From positions 5,022,001 through 5,086,000 of the forward strand of contig CM030332.1 of NCBI GenBank assembly GCA_017654855.1: DNA of 64,000 nucleotides, in the 5' to 3' direction. Under the pieces are notes generated by a model. It made no database searches. It was not told where the DNA came from and saw nothing but the letters and a program-made list of their open reading frames with translations. A program made the position numbers and the translations under genes. This DNA comes from Podospora anserina. Its lineage: Eukaryota. Positions 1 through 13,300 of the stretch are shown here, one piece after another (the stretch's first letter is position 1; each line of letters begins with the position of its first letter).

Positions 1-1239
1 CACCTCATCAGAATGGGAGGCCCCTTCCTTTGCCTTTGCCTTTGAGTAAGCCCTTTCTTCCCCCCCCACCTGGTCTCTTATACTGATGATAATCCCAGCA
101 TCGACGGTGTCCTCCTCCACGAAAAAGCCCCCCTCGCCGGCGCGGCCCAGGCCCTCGCGCTGCTGGACTATTACCACATCCCATTCATCCTCCTCACCAA
201 CGGCGGCGGCAAGTTCGAGGCCGACCGCGTGGCGGAGCTGAACGAGAAGCTGGGCAGCCACATGACAACTGAGAATTTCTGCCAGTCTCACACCCCGTTT
301 CAGGAGCTGTTGCCAGTGTACCGGGACAAGACCATCTTGGTGACGGGGAGTGACTACGAGAAGTGCAGGGAGATCATGGAGGGGTATGGGTTCAGGAGTG
401 TGGTCACGCCGGGGGACATCTTCAGGGCGGCGCCCGAGGTGTTTCCTTTTGATACCGTCCGAGGGAAGGTGGGGAGGGATTTGCCGAAGCCAATCTGGAG
501 GCCGAGGAAGGAAGCCGGGGAGCATCATCAAGGGTCGAAGGGGATGGTGAGGGATACTGAGCAGGAGGAAAGAGAGGGGAAGTTGGAGGATCATTTAAAG
601 GTTGAGGCGATGTTTGTGTTGAATGACCCGAGGGATTGGGCGTTGGATGTGCAGGTGTTTATTGACTTGTTGCAGTCGAAGCAGGGGTATGTGGGCACGT
701 ATTCGGAGGAGAACAACAAGGGACGGTGGCAGGGGGATGGCCAGCCGAAGCTGTTTTTTAGCAACTCGGATCTGATCTGGGCGGCCAAGTATCACCTTCC
801 GCGGTTTGGGCAGGGGGCGTTCCAGCATGCGTTGGTGGGGATTTGGAACGAGGTTACGGAAGGGAAGAAGGAGCTGGTACGGACGAGCTTTGGGAAGCCG
901 CATAGGGAGACGTATGAGTATGCCGAGGAGATGCTGGTGAGGCATCGGGGGGGGTGGTTGAGGGCGAAGGGGTACAAGGAGGGCGAGATTGAGGGGGGTT
1001 TGAAGAGGGTTTACATGGTGGGGGATAATCCTGAGAGTGATATTGCTGGGGCGAACGACTATGATGGGAAGGGGAAGTATGGGACGGAGTGGGTGAGCTT
1101 GTTGGTGGAGACGGGGGTGTTTGATGCGACGAGGATGAACTTTAAGGATGGGGATGTGAGGAAGGCGGATGTGGTGAAGCCAAACGTTGCGGAGGCGGTG
1201 AAGTGGGCGTTGAGGAATGAGGGGTGGGTTGATGAGTAG
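1..1239 (+). CDS. HAD-superfamily subfamily IIA hydrolase (CECR5/HDHD5/YKR070W-like), 5'-truncated by window edge; intron 46-98
   Basis: Splicing GTAAG(46)..CAG(98) restores FAF-DIDGVL (HAD motif I). Also has LLTNGGG, FGKP and YMVGDNPESDI motifs. Stop at 1237-1239. Confidence 0.92.
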
Positions 1240-1523
1240 ATGTGTGTTGATGGGATAGATACCTTGAATGAGATGATGAATGAGACCACTGTGTCGAGCC
1301 TGATCTTGAAGAAGTGTATTTTCCTGAATGGGGGTCAAGCATTTGAGTGGGTAACAAACGTATGGTAAATTTGGTCCTGTTTAAACTTCATGGAATATAC
1401 GAACTGGGTGTGAAGGCTCATCTTCTGTCAGCAGATCTCTGTTCATCCAGTCGAGGTGTGAAAGCATTCTAATTGCAAATATGTTAAGTCTTTTGTTGAC
1501 ATCCTTGTAACAACAAATTACAA

Positions 1524-1614
1524 GGGCCGCTGGTCTAGTGGTATGATTCTCGCTTAGGGTTCACCCTATAGCATTGCTTGCGAGAGGTCCCGGGTTCAAT
1601 CCCCGGGTGGCCCC
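1524..1614 (+). tRNA. tRNA-Pro(AGG) with 19-nt intron (1560-1578)
   Basis: Acceptor GGGCCGC/GTGGCCC, D arm TGGTCTAGTGGTATGA, anticodon stem CTCGC/GCGAG with TT-AGG-G loop and T loop GGTTCAATCC. A downstream T-run fits a Pol III terminator. Confidence 0.95.
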
Positions 1615-4600
1615 ATCTTTTTCTCTCTCGCGACTCACCTGCAACACTACTCAAGTAGTGAGGCTATCTTTTTTGCCTATAACTGAAAGGCTATCTTTCT
1701 ATCTATGTATGTATGGCCCTGTGGTTATGTAGCAAGGCAAACAGCCAACAGCTAGCTCGCTCTACGTGGGGAGTATGGTCACGACACCCTCTAAAGGAAG
1801 CAGCAGTAAACTGCTTACACCTCCCAACCTTGATGGAGGTGTGTGACCTCTGCTTGACATTGGCGAGAATATATTGCCATCCACTTCGCAGTGCTTCATG
1901 TGATTCCCTCAGGCGCCAAAATAGTACTATCACTCTACGTGGGGCTGTGAGCAAAGATAAGCCCTCATAGTAGGCAGGCCTTTGAATTCTTAGCTAGCAT
2001 ATATGTCTGTGTGTCCCAGGAGATACAGCCTCTCAGTGCCATAGCCGAGGAAACGACCACTCGGGTTTCCAACGTGGTGACACACACACACACACACATC
2101 AAGACCAAAGCCGAGACCTACATTTTCGGGTTCGTCGTTCTAGGTCTGTATCGGCCTTCATGCTGTGCTATGCAGCCACGCTTGCAAAAAAAGTCAGTCT
2201 GGCGGTATGTGTCTCTTGAGCTTGATGTGTGTGTGTGGTGGTGGTACCGGTTTAATATGTGTGTATATAGCCGGGACCAATGATGTGTAATCTATTGGAT
2301 GCTATTTTGGTTAGGAATGGACGTCCCGTTCTGCAGCCAGCATAAGAAACGGAATGGAGAAAAAGAAGAGAGACATTGCGGAGGAGGGGGGCCAGAGGGC
2401 TGGAACTTGGGGAATGAGTTCTTGGGCAAGTCGAGGCTCGGGAACGGATGGCGAGGAATCGTGGCGATATCGGTGGTTGAGGTGGTGGTGGTGGCCAGAC
2501 TATCCCAACCCACAGGTCAAAACCCGGCGTCTTGGGAGGTTCGGTTGTTCGGTTGGAGTCGTGCAGAGGATAATCTTCCTATCCCCCTCTGCCGTGCTTG
2601 CGTCGTGCCTGCATCCATCCATGATGAAGAGTTTCGAGACGAGGCCCGAGTGTTCCTTGCTCCGAGTACGACAACCATCTCGACGATGCCAAGAACCAAT
2701 ACGTTATCTGATGGTTGCGAAACATGGGGCCTGGAATCTGGGTTGAAAGATAAACATTGCCTGGTTCAGGACCCCTCAGCTTTGGGACAAGGCTCGGACC
2801 GAAAGTGCTAAACGGGATGCTCAGCTGGTGTTTTCTGCCCATGAGGTTTTGTGTATGAGTCGTGACAGCGGCAACCAGAGCCAAATGCGACACCGAGCAG
2901 CGGGGAGAATGGGACGAAGAAGAGTATCATTCTTCTGCAGGCTCTGCAGCCCATCCTACCGATGGCCCCCCAACCCCCCCTGCGGTTGCGCCATGTACGG
3001 AAAGCTCCAAGGTTTTCTATTCGCCAAAAATCATCGTTCGGCGTGGTATGGATATGGCATTAGCTGCAGCTTCCCCGATCTTAGGTGTCTCTGGAGGATT
3101 CAAGGTCTTGTGCTCGACATGGGTTGGACCATGGAACATGGGAAAACCGTGCCGGCGAAGTAGAATGGAAATGCGGTCATAAATTGCGCCCTATGTTGTT
3201 GAACACTCGCTGGCCTGGTAGTGAGTGTCTCGATCCACGGCCAAGTAAGTGTAAACCGATAAGGATCTGTTTCCGCTGCTAAGAAGAACGATATTCATGA
3301 CAACTGATTAGACAGAGGCGCTAAAAAGAACATTGCTTGAGATAGGCTTGAGAGCAGTATCATGCACCGAAGCCACACCTGTACGTAAACTCCGAAAGGT
3401 GCAAATCGTGGGTGAGATGGTGAAGATGAAAAGGTGGGGGTTGAATGTGAAAGCAGAGTGGGCTTAGTCAGATGGAAACGGGCGCTGCTAACCACAAGAA
3501 CTCTAAGCGATTGCGGGCTTCAAACCCATTTGACGAATTCAGGTCCGGATCCAAGACTTGGCCAATGGAAACGGAGGTGCACCTGGCAGTCAAGTCGGTC
3601 TTGGGACGGATGTTGCAACCCCGGCCGGCTGTTGTTCCCGCCCCGCAAAGAAGTTGAGAAGGAGCAAGATGGCCGGTGGGTGGCTCGTGATGGCGAGTTT
3701 GTAGGCATATCCGTACTTTCTCCAGGGCTTGCAAGCTTCTACAATATCGCCATCTTTGTCTTTGATTGGTACACTAGTCATACCCCCGCGAATCCCGATC
3801 GAACATGTTGGAAATAATGCATTTCCTAGACCCAAATTCGCCGTTTCAGACCATCGTGCCACGGGGCCAGGCGGGAGATAAGAAGAAGCATCATGGGTCG
3901 CCGATATTAAACACAGGGCAAAGAGATGCCGCCATTGGCCGAGGTCTCTTGGATGCATCGCCGGCCATTAGGAAAACGAGCGGCAAATTCCCCGTCGAGC
4001 CTACCATGCCGTTTTGCACCCCGTTTTCCCTTACTGATTCTTTTCTAGCCCATCATCCCACATGGGCCCCAAGTGGTCCCCAATCCCGATGCCAGAGCAT
4101 TTGATATTGGAGGCATGAAAAAAGACCGTCAGTGCGACATCGCTTGTGAGTTGATTCGGCCCTCCGCTTCGGACACCTCAGGCCTGGCACACCCAGCCCA
4201 GCCCTGCGGCAGCTATCACCAATGCTTTTTGCTTCTTCTCTCCTTCTTTCGAAGCCGACCATCGCTTCCATGCGTCAGGGCGCGCATTAGTGTTATCTCA
4301 TCGCGACGGGATGGATCAAGGAACAGCATCACGCAAGCAGTCTCCAGGTCTCTGGGCAATGCTGGGGCCCCCGCCTCGATCCCTGTCACATCGCCGGGAG
4401 CTCAACCCATCAAACCAGCCATCAGGCCAATTTAGGCAGGTCAGCAGTCGCTGGGGGTCGCTGTGGTCGACGGCTTGTGTGCTTCCTGTGCTTCCAGAAG
4501 CAGCCCCTCCTTCATTTTCACCCGCCAGCGAGTTGACCTGACCCTCCCATGGTCCTGCTCCCCCAGGCCCGCCGAGAAGTCGCCCAGCCGAACCAGTGTT

Positions 4601-5097
4601 TGCCCTTGGCCCAGTGCACTCCATGTCGCCGACGCTGGCTGCTGCAGAGAATCCACCGTTTTCTTTCCCACCACCTTCTCCCCTTCCGACACCACCACTC
4701 TCCATTCCTGCGCTGTCGCCCGCTGCCCCGTTCGTCGCTGGCTCTGTCTCGCCTGTGTGAACCCCGGGCCCCGCTTCTTCACTGATCAGTGAGCCAGTGA
4801 TCTGCGCATTGAAGCACGAGGCAGCCATGTCCAGTTTCAATATACATTAATCCATCCCCCTGTCTTAGCTGCGCTCGCGCCATTGACTTTGTTTTCTCTT
4901 TTTTTCTTCTCCCTACAACACCAAAACGTTGCTATTTTGCGTGACGGCCCCGACGACACACCACTGGGCGCGTCGATTACACCCTTTCTTGCTTCTCCGG
5001 CCCTGTCGCGCCGGGAGCAACGGAGCGGGCCGATACTCGCTCCGCTCAACCAAGGGGATCTCTGAAGGAAGGCAGTGTGGATTGAGACAGAACCAGA

Positions 5098-7710
5098 ATG
5101 GCCCCGGCATTTTTGAGTGGCATTCTTCGACGGCGGCGTGATGAGGAGGAGCAACTGCCAAGTGTTGAGGGGTCGTTGGAGGGTGACTCGAGTGGGCTGG
5201 CGTCGCTGAAGCATTTTGAGAAGATGCACCGACTGGATCCAAACCTGCCGTTGGACGAGCTGGAGGAGGTGGATATCGCCATCATCTTGAACCAGCAAAA
5301 TGCCGAGAAGGGGGCGGAAATTGAGCAGGTCTTGAATGAGGACAACTCTCCATATCCAGAAGTGAGAAGCCACCCTAGAAATATGGCCGGCGCAAGAGGT
5401 GTTGGAGGTTGTGAAATGAGGGGATGGTCGTTCTAACATTTGTCCTCTTATCAAGGTACGAGCCACGGTACGAAACTTCGATGTCGAGATGCCTGCGAAT
5501 ACGGTGCGAGCATGGGTCATTGGGATGCTCTTGTGTACGATTGGCTCCGCCGTCAACATGCTGCTCTCGCTACGAAACCCGAGCATCATGCTCACGACAT
5601 TTGTCATCCAACTCATCGCCTACCCATTGGGTCTCTGCTGGGATTATGTGTTCCCGGACCGTGTGTGGAATGTATTGGGGCTCAAGTTCAACCTCAGGCC
5701 AGGACCATTCAACTTTAAGGAGCATGTCATCATTGTGGTCATGTCAAATGTGCGTTGTTGATGGTTTTTCCCATTTCTGGATGTTCCAGACGCTAACGTG
5801 TACGCAGGCTGCGTATGGAGGTGGCGCTTTGTATGCTACTGATGTGATCATTGCACAGCGTATGTGGTACGGCCAGAACTTTGGCTGGCTATGGCAAATG
5901 CTATTCGGCATCACGACACTTTGCACGGGTTATGGTCTGGCTGGTTTGGCAAGGAGGTTCCTGGTGTGGCCCGCCGCCATGATTTGGCCGACCGATCTCG
6001 TCAACTGCGCCCTATTTTACACCCTTCATGACCACAGCCCATCCGATCCGACAGTGACGAACGGCTGGAGCATCAGCAGATACAAGTGGTTCATGATCGT
6101 GTTCGGTGGCTCGTTTTTGTGGTACTGGTTCCCAGGCTATCTCTTCCAGGGCTTGTCATGGTTCTGCTGGATCACCTGGATCTGGCCGGAGAATGTTGTG
6201 GTCAACCAGCTGTTTGGTGGATATAGCGGTTATGGACTGTTCCCCATCACTCTGGTAGGCCTCCCTGTTTGCTTTCACACGCCGTCTTTGGCTGACACTT
6301 GCTTAGGATTGGAGCATAATTTCCGGCTATCTCATGTCACCGCTTATTCCCCCATTTCACGCCATCGCCAATGTCATCGGCGGGGTCACAGTTTTCTTCG
6401 TTTTTGTCTCCATCGGGATCCATTACTCGGGCATGTGGTACTCGGAATTCCTGCCGGTTCAAAACGCCCACGCTTACGACAACACCGGCAATATTTACAA
6501 CGTTTCCAAGATTTTAGGAGCTGACCTGCAGTTCGACGAGGCCAAATACATGGCCTACTCCCCGCTTTATCTCCCTACGCAATTCGCGCTCGCCTACGGG
6601 CTTTCGTTCGCCGCGGTTGCTGCCGTCATCACACACGTCGCCTTGTACCACGGCCGCGAAATCATGTCGCAATGGAGGCTGGCCCGGCAACAAGAGGACG
6701 ACATTCACATGAGGCTCATGAAGAAGTACAAGGACGCTCCGGACTGGTGGTATGTTGTGCTCTTCGTCATCATGCTCGGCATGTCTTTTGCCGTGGTCGA
6801 GGCCTGGGACACCAACTTCCCCTGGTGGGCTTACATCATCTGCATGCTCATCCCGCTTGTCTGGACGATCCCCATCGGCATCGTCCAGGCTATCACCAAC
6901 ATTCAACTCGGCCTCAACGTCTTGACCGAGTTCATCATCGGTTACATGCTCCCCGGTCGCCCGCTCGCCATGATGATGTTCAAGAACTATGGTTACTTGT
7001 GCATGTCACAAGCGCTTTACTTTGTCCAGGATATGAAACTAGGTCACTACATGAAGGTCCCTCCCCGAACCATGTTCTGGTCGCAGCTCATCGCATCGAT
7101 ATGGTCCGCCATTGTTCAAATCGCCGTCATGAACTGGGCCCTGGACACGATCCCCGACATCTGCTCTGAAGATCAAATTCACCATTGGAACTGCCCAAGC
7201 GCTCGCGTCTTTTATACCGCTTCCATAGTATGGGGCGCTATTGGTCCGGCGCGCATGTTTTCTGGCACAGCGCTTTACAGCTCTCTCCAGTGGTTCTGGC
7301 TCGTCGGTGCCATTGCTCCCATCATCACCTGGTTCTTCGCCCGCCGATATCCGAGATCCCTCTGGCGGTACGTCAACATGCCGCTTATTTTCGGTGGATC
7401 AGGCTGGCTGCCACCCGCGACGGTGTATATCTACTACTGCTGGGGCATCGTGGGGACGGCCTTCAACTATCTTATCAGGAGGAAGAAGACAGGTTGGTGG
7501 TTGCAGTACAACTATGTCACTTCGTCGGCGCTGGACTGCGGGTTGATTGTGTCAACGTTGGTGATTTTCTTTGCGCTCTATCTGAGCGAGACGGATGCGC
7601 CGAAGTGGTTTGGAAACACGGCCGTGTTGGCTACTTTGGATATGACGGCGAAGTCGATACAAAAGGTTGTACCGAAGGGGGAGACTTTTGGGCCGAGTGT
7701 ATGGCCATAG
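5098..7710 (+). CDS. OPT-family oligopeptide transporter; introns 5362-5455, 5750-5807, 6255-6306
   Basis: Splicing gives the EDNSPYPE-VRATV signature, PGPFNFKEH and KLGHYMKVPPR motifs, with many TM segments. All three introns are GT-AG with branch sites and preserve frame. Confidence 0.95.
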
Positions 7711-8263
7711 TGGGGAGTGAGGGTACAGGGGCAAATAGGGGGTCAAATGGGAGGAGTTTAGGGAGTTGGATGTGTTTTTTGAGGGGGGGAGTTTACTGGT
7801 TTCGATTGATTTTCAGTTCGGAAAGTCTTTACTATATGGCATGTGCTGGACTTGGTTTTGTTCACTTGTGGTTTGATGGTTATTTTTGGATGAAAATAAG
7901 CGAGCGAGCAGGCGAGCAATGGTCTTGGGGGGGTTTTGTCTCTCTGTTGATTTAAGGGGTGAGGGGGGTTGATATGGAGAGGATCAAGTCATGTGTCATA
8001 TGTAGCTGTCTATTGGGATGTCAAAAATGAGATAGTTGTCGGTCAAGGGACTTTTCGGGTTTGTTGTGCCCTGTTTGCGAGTGTCAAGTTTCCCTAAAAC
8101 CTTCGATATCACTCTATGACGATAGGTGTTTCAAACGTAGATACGTAAAATTAGAGACCATAGTTCAAAAGCTCAAAAATACATCCTATCCCATAACCTG
8201 CTCACTACCAGATAGCTAAGCATGATTACAAGCCAAATCTCAACATGCAAACCCTCTTCCCTT

Positions 8264-8785
8264 TTACTCGCCCTTGTTCCCCTCCTTCACCTCCGCCCCC
8301 TGATGCCCATCCCTATTAGCCCTCCAAACCCCCCCATCCTCAAACTCCTCCCGTTTCCAAACCTCCACCTTCTCCTTGCACTCCTCCAGCGCCTCCTCGC
8401 CCGCGAGCCATGCAGCCTTCCGATGGGCAGAGCTCACCGCGATGAGGATACTCTCCTCGCCTATGGGGACTGTGCCCAGGCGATGGACGATGGCGATTCC
8501 TTTTAGGGCGTGCTTGGTCAGAAGCGAAGAGGCGATGGAGGAGAGGGTTTGGAGGGCTAGGGGGCGGTACGAGGTGTAGGTTAGGGAGGTGACGGGTTTG
8601 GAGGCAAAGTTGTTTCTTGTCGTGCCGGCAAAGGTGACGATGGCGCCCGCTTCTGGGCTGCGGACTTTGTCCATTATTGAGAGGATGTCGAGGGGGAGGT
8701 CGGTGAGGGAGACGTAGATTCCCGGGAGGGAGATGGAGGATTCTCCCTCTGGGGGTGGGGGGTTGACTTGATCTTGGGTTGTCAT
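8264..8785 (-). CDS. cnxH: Molybdopterin synthase catalytic subunit (MoaE/MOCS2B)
   Basis: GAIVTFAGTTRN, HRLGTVPIGEESILIAVSSAHRKAAW and KEKVEVWKRE motifs. First ATG is at 8785; the ORF track starts at an upstream TTG. Confidence 0.93.
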   Translation of the reverse strand: MTTQDQVNPPPPEGESSISLPGIYVSLTDLPLDILSIMDKVRSPEAGAIVTFAGTTRNNFASKPVTSLTYTSYRPLALQTLSSIASSLLTKHALKGIAIVHRLGTVPIGEESILIAVSSAHRKAAWLAGEEALEECKEKVEVWKREEFEDGGVWRANRDGHQGAEVKEGNKGE

Positions 8786-9768
8786 CGTTGGTGCACTGCT
8801 CGTGGTTGTGTGAGGGGAGGACAAAAGTCAGGGGTTCAGGGGGCAGTGTTGCTCAGGTCTGGGTGGGCGTGTATCGTTTCACCGAGAAATATTGAAGATG
8901 GAGCGTAAAATGGGTTTATAAAAGCATTGTCTGGCTCTTGCAAGTTAGCAGTTTTTTGATTGATATCATCAACTTCATCAAGCACCCACCAGCTGTAATG
9001 AGCCACACCGTGGAGGCAGAGGGTCATCGGCGACTACTTAATGATGGGCCTCGCAAATCGAGTGCAAATGTATTTTTTGGGGTTTTGGAACTGCTGTGCT
9101 GCTTCAAACTTCTTATTGCCTCGTCAACCACACCATCTCTGTCTTTGGTCTGTAAGTGGCCCCCTCAACACCGTGCTTATCAACGGCGAGCCCACACTGT
9201 GGCCCCGCGATGCTAGCCCACTGTCGATAAGATTAGATAATCGGAATATCTTCGGTTACTAACGGCTGCTGCAGACTGCTAGCGCTCTGGCCACCTGCGC
9301 ACGCGCTCCAGGTAAGCTTGCGGCTCGGTGTTTCCTGCGACTGCACCCTTTTGACACTGGCAAAAGGCTAAAAATCTGTGGCCCGTGTGGTGACCTGACG
9401 TATACCTACTACAGCCCCCTATCTTTTAATGTACCTTTTTACAAACGCGTGTATAGGAACCGCGTGTTTTCTTACCTAAAACTCTTCAATTTTATATTTC
9501 TAATTCTCGAGATATATTCTGTAGGATAAAGTGATATCTTTTTATTAATCCTATATTATATTTATAATAATTACTATAACCACGTTAATTAAGTTAATAA
9601 GATTACGGATTTTACCTTTAAAAAAAACTCAGAAATTTCGTTTTTATTTACATTTATATTATTGTACTAAACCTTATAAGCGATTATTTTAATGAAGCTG
9701 ATATTTTTATTATAAATAAAGCTTTAAATAACTGAAACTAAAAAAAAAACAAAATAAGTATTAAAACC

Positions 9769-10343
9769 TGTTACAATATAGCTTTTCTTTGTGGATTTTA
9801 CAGTGTATCTAAGCCCTGTATATTACAGGGCCTTAGAGGCAATATAATGGCTTAGATCAGCAGTGTTTAGGGACCACGGTTACCGGAACGGAACTCGGCT
9901 TCCTGAAGCAATCCGAAGTTCCGGAAAGCCGAGCCTTGCAGCGGTTAAACGGTAGCGCAACGTGGCTTGTAACGAGGCTTGCAACTTTATTTTTAGTTAG
10001 CGCACTTAGCGGGCGTTCGGGCCCGGGAACAGAGTCACTTCGGGGAGCGAGTGGAGGGCTAACGGCCTATAAAACCTCTGCCTCACACCCTATTTACTGT
10101 GATATTTCTTAGTCTATAAGGTTCAATCAATATACTAGTTTACTACACTTATTAGTGCCTCACAAGCCTATATTACAGTGATTATCTTCTATATATTACA
10201 GGGCGCCGCCCCTGTAATCTACTTTCCTTTAGTGCCCCGGCAACTATTGAATACTACAGTTAAAATCTTCTTCGCTCTCAGTATATTACGCCGATAGCTA
10301 TTTAAGCCTATATTTACAGGCCTTAATAGCACCTATTTCAACA
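9769..10343 (+). repeat. Short LTR (family D; TGTT...TTTCAACA), apparently split by a second solo LTR (family E, ~9821-10219)
   Basis: Starts TGTTACAATATAGC, similar to the LTR start at 16271 and to an inverted copy at 35162-35217. The inner unit has inverted termini TATTACAGGG/CCCTGTAAT and a TATA box at ~10068. TSDs are not clear. Confidence 0.55.
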
Positions 10344-10393
10344 TTATATAAAGATTATTTTTAACGTAAAAGGTTTATAGAGAAATACTACCT

Positions 10394-13300
10394 TATAACG
10401 AACCCCTATACAGAACCTCTGAAAGGAATATTAATTAAAGGTAACTTCTAATAATTAGTTCGGTGCAGCTAAACAGTGCACAACAAGATATCTCAATATA
10501 AACACTAAATACCGTAAATATAAACTAAATTACATACTGCGGAACTATCTATCTACACCGGCTAGTTCCTCCGTATATATAGACCTTAATCCTTTAGGTA
10601 CTTCCGTACTTAAATTACCTCGATCACTAAGCGCTCCTAGTAATCCATCCTAGCTCACTTTGCTCACCTAGCGCTCCTAGCGAGCCGGCTCACCTCTGCC
10701 AAGAGGTAAGCGCCCCTCTATCCTATAGCCTCGCTTTTATTTATTATTTAATTAGTTACTACGGCCTACTGTAGTCCCTACTTTGCTTTACTATATAGTT
10801 AGTCTATAATATAATATTCCCCCTCTTTATTTTTTATCCCGAAAGATTTGCTGCTATTATTTTTTATACTTTAATACTTTTTTTTTATTTTTATTATATA
10901 TGTATTCCCTTTCCCTTTTCCTTCTTTAGGCTTACTTAGCGTTACTAATTATATTAGGGCGCGTAGAGAAACGTTACTATAATATAGCTCGCGAACGAAT
11001 AGTCCTTTCCGATTCGATCGACTAAGACGGTATTAAAATTATACTTTACTCCCGTTATTAACGCGCGAAACTTTAAGGACGTTATATTATAAAGGAGGGG
11101 TCGAATTGCTATTCGAATTACGTTCGAGTAAATAAATTATATAATAATTCAAACGTAATTAATTTCTATAAATATTTAAGTACCGTAACTATACGTCCTT
11201 TTATTAATAACCGTAATAATAAAAAATTTATCGAAATAAAAAAAGATTAATAATAAAATAATTATAAAAAAAATTTATTAGCCGAAACGTTAAGTACCTT
11301 AACTTATTTACGTAAGTAGCGTACGTCGATACGTAACTAAGGTTTTAAACTCTTTTATCGAGGTATAGAATCGCTAAACGAAGTTAATAGTTTAACGTCC
11401 TTTATAAACTAATTAAATAAATAATATTTTATTAATCGGGCTTAGTTAATAGGTGCCTTTAGAGTCGTGGATTGGAAGGCTATTAATATTATTCCCTCGG
11501 ATCTTAATATTATCCTCGACTCCTTTATTAATTTCGATTAGCCGCCTAACCTTTCCCTAGGCCCGGACGTAGCCGGTCCTTTCTTTTTAACCCTGTAGGG
11601 TACCGCCGATAACCCGTTTTTTATTTCTTAAAGTAATTAAAACGCGTAATACTATTTATATCTAAGTCCCTTTATATTTTTTAATTTCGTAATATAATAT
11701 ATAGTATATCGGTTATTATATTAAAAATATAAGTTCGATTCTTATTAAAGTTCTTTAATATCGAAGTTTATACCTATAAACCTCGATATTAATCTTTTTA
11801 TTTACTTAAGTTTAGGTCGGTCCGGGTATTATTAATAAAATTCTTTTTACTTATCCGGGCAGTTAAGATTTGCCTCTAGTTCCTATAAATTATTTATAGT
11901 TAAATACTTTAACTAACTAATTAAATACTTTAATTAATTTTTATTAAACCGTAAATCTAATATCTTTTTTATATTATACTTTTTTTCTTCGTCCTACGTT
12001 ATTATTTATATATTAACCTTACTTACTGGTAATACGGGTTTTAAAAGTAAGATATAAAAGGTGTATAACCGTAAACGTATCGTACTAGGTAGCTCCAGTT
12101 CGAATATCGTTTTTAAGATTTTCCTTTTAACTTTAAATAGGCCTACTCTCCTGTAGTCCAGCTTCTTATTAAGTCTTTTAGTATATAAATTGCGTATAGA
12201 AAGGAATACTATATCCCCCCTCTTAAAGTAAGGTCCCTCGAGCCTTTTAGTATTATAGTATTTCCGTATCCTTTCCTTTATAAACTCTAGTTTTTACTTA
12301 AGTTTGCTGTAGATTATATATAGTTTATTTGCTTTAACCCTAGCCCTAGGTACCTTAACGCTAAGTCCCTGCCGTAAGTCTGCCTTATATTTAAAGTTTA
12401 CGAAGAACGGCGTAACTTTAATCGTCTCTATTAGTAATATATTATATGCTAATTATACCGTAGGTAACAGTTTAATCTAGTCGTTTTGCTCGAAATTAAT
12501 ATAATTCCTTAAATATACCCCGAGCTTCGTTATTAACGCTTTCCAAAACTTCGATACGAATTTAGTGTCGCGGTCCGTAATAAATTCCTTTAGCTATATA
12601 TATATTAATGTAATATACCGTAGTACTATATCCGTTAATTACTTTACTAATTAGGTTTTTTATAAAGTAAAAAGTATATTTATTTAATAAACTTATCGAT
12701 TACTGTTAATATACTATTATATTTAACGCCGATTACCGTATCCTTAGACTTTAGTAATTTAATAATAAAGTTTATTATAATTAAACTTTATAATTATTTT
12801 ATTATTAGTAATAGCTCTAGAAATCTATAAAGCTTATACTTCGTAACCCTTGTTTTTTCGTACGTATAGTATAATTGGATAGTTTCCTTAACGTCGTCCT
12901 TAATCTTTAGTTAATTAAAGTACTATTTAATTTTTTCTATAATTTTAGCAATATTTATATACCTTCCGAGCTTTAACCCGTAGATCTCTATTACTAATGC
13001 CGTCCTATTATTTAGTATTACGTACGCTCGATTCCTATACTATAGTCTTCCCTAATTATCTTTCTAGATACCTTATAGCTCCAGCTCTTCCTACTAGTAT
13101 TACTCTATAATATCACTACCTAATTTCCTTTAGTATTTATTAAAAATAGCCCTTTCGCGATATACTATATAGTATTCTATTTACGGCTATAGTAAATACT
13201 TAAGGGTACTATTTAGCGCCTCCTCGAGTAATAGTAGTAACTTTCTAAGTATATCCTTATAGTAGTCGGTACGCCTACTAAATACGTTTGCTTTAACGTT

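Noticed and set aside
595-1338. Long antisense ORFs over real genes (also 4837-5616, 39990-40799, 47755-48657, 51989-52606, 53376-54062)
   Set aside because: Shadow frames produced by codon bias of the genes on the opposite strand.
1700-5000. Many 60-170 aa ORFs upstream of the OPT gene
   Set aside because: They overlap on both strands with no domains or splice support. This is most likely a long promoter/intergenic region.
8786-9300. Bicistronic MOCS2A upstream of MOCS2B, as in animals
   Set aside because: No MoaD-like ORF ending in GG was found upstream.
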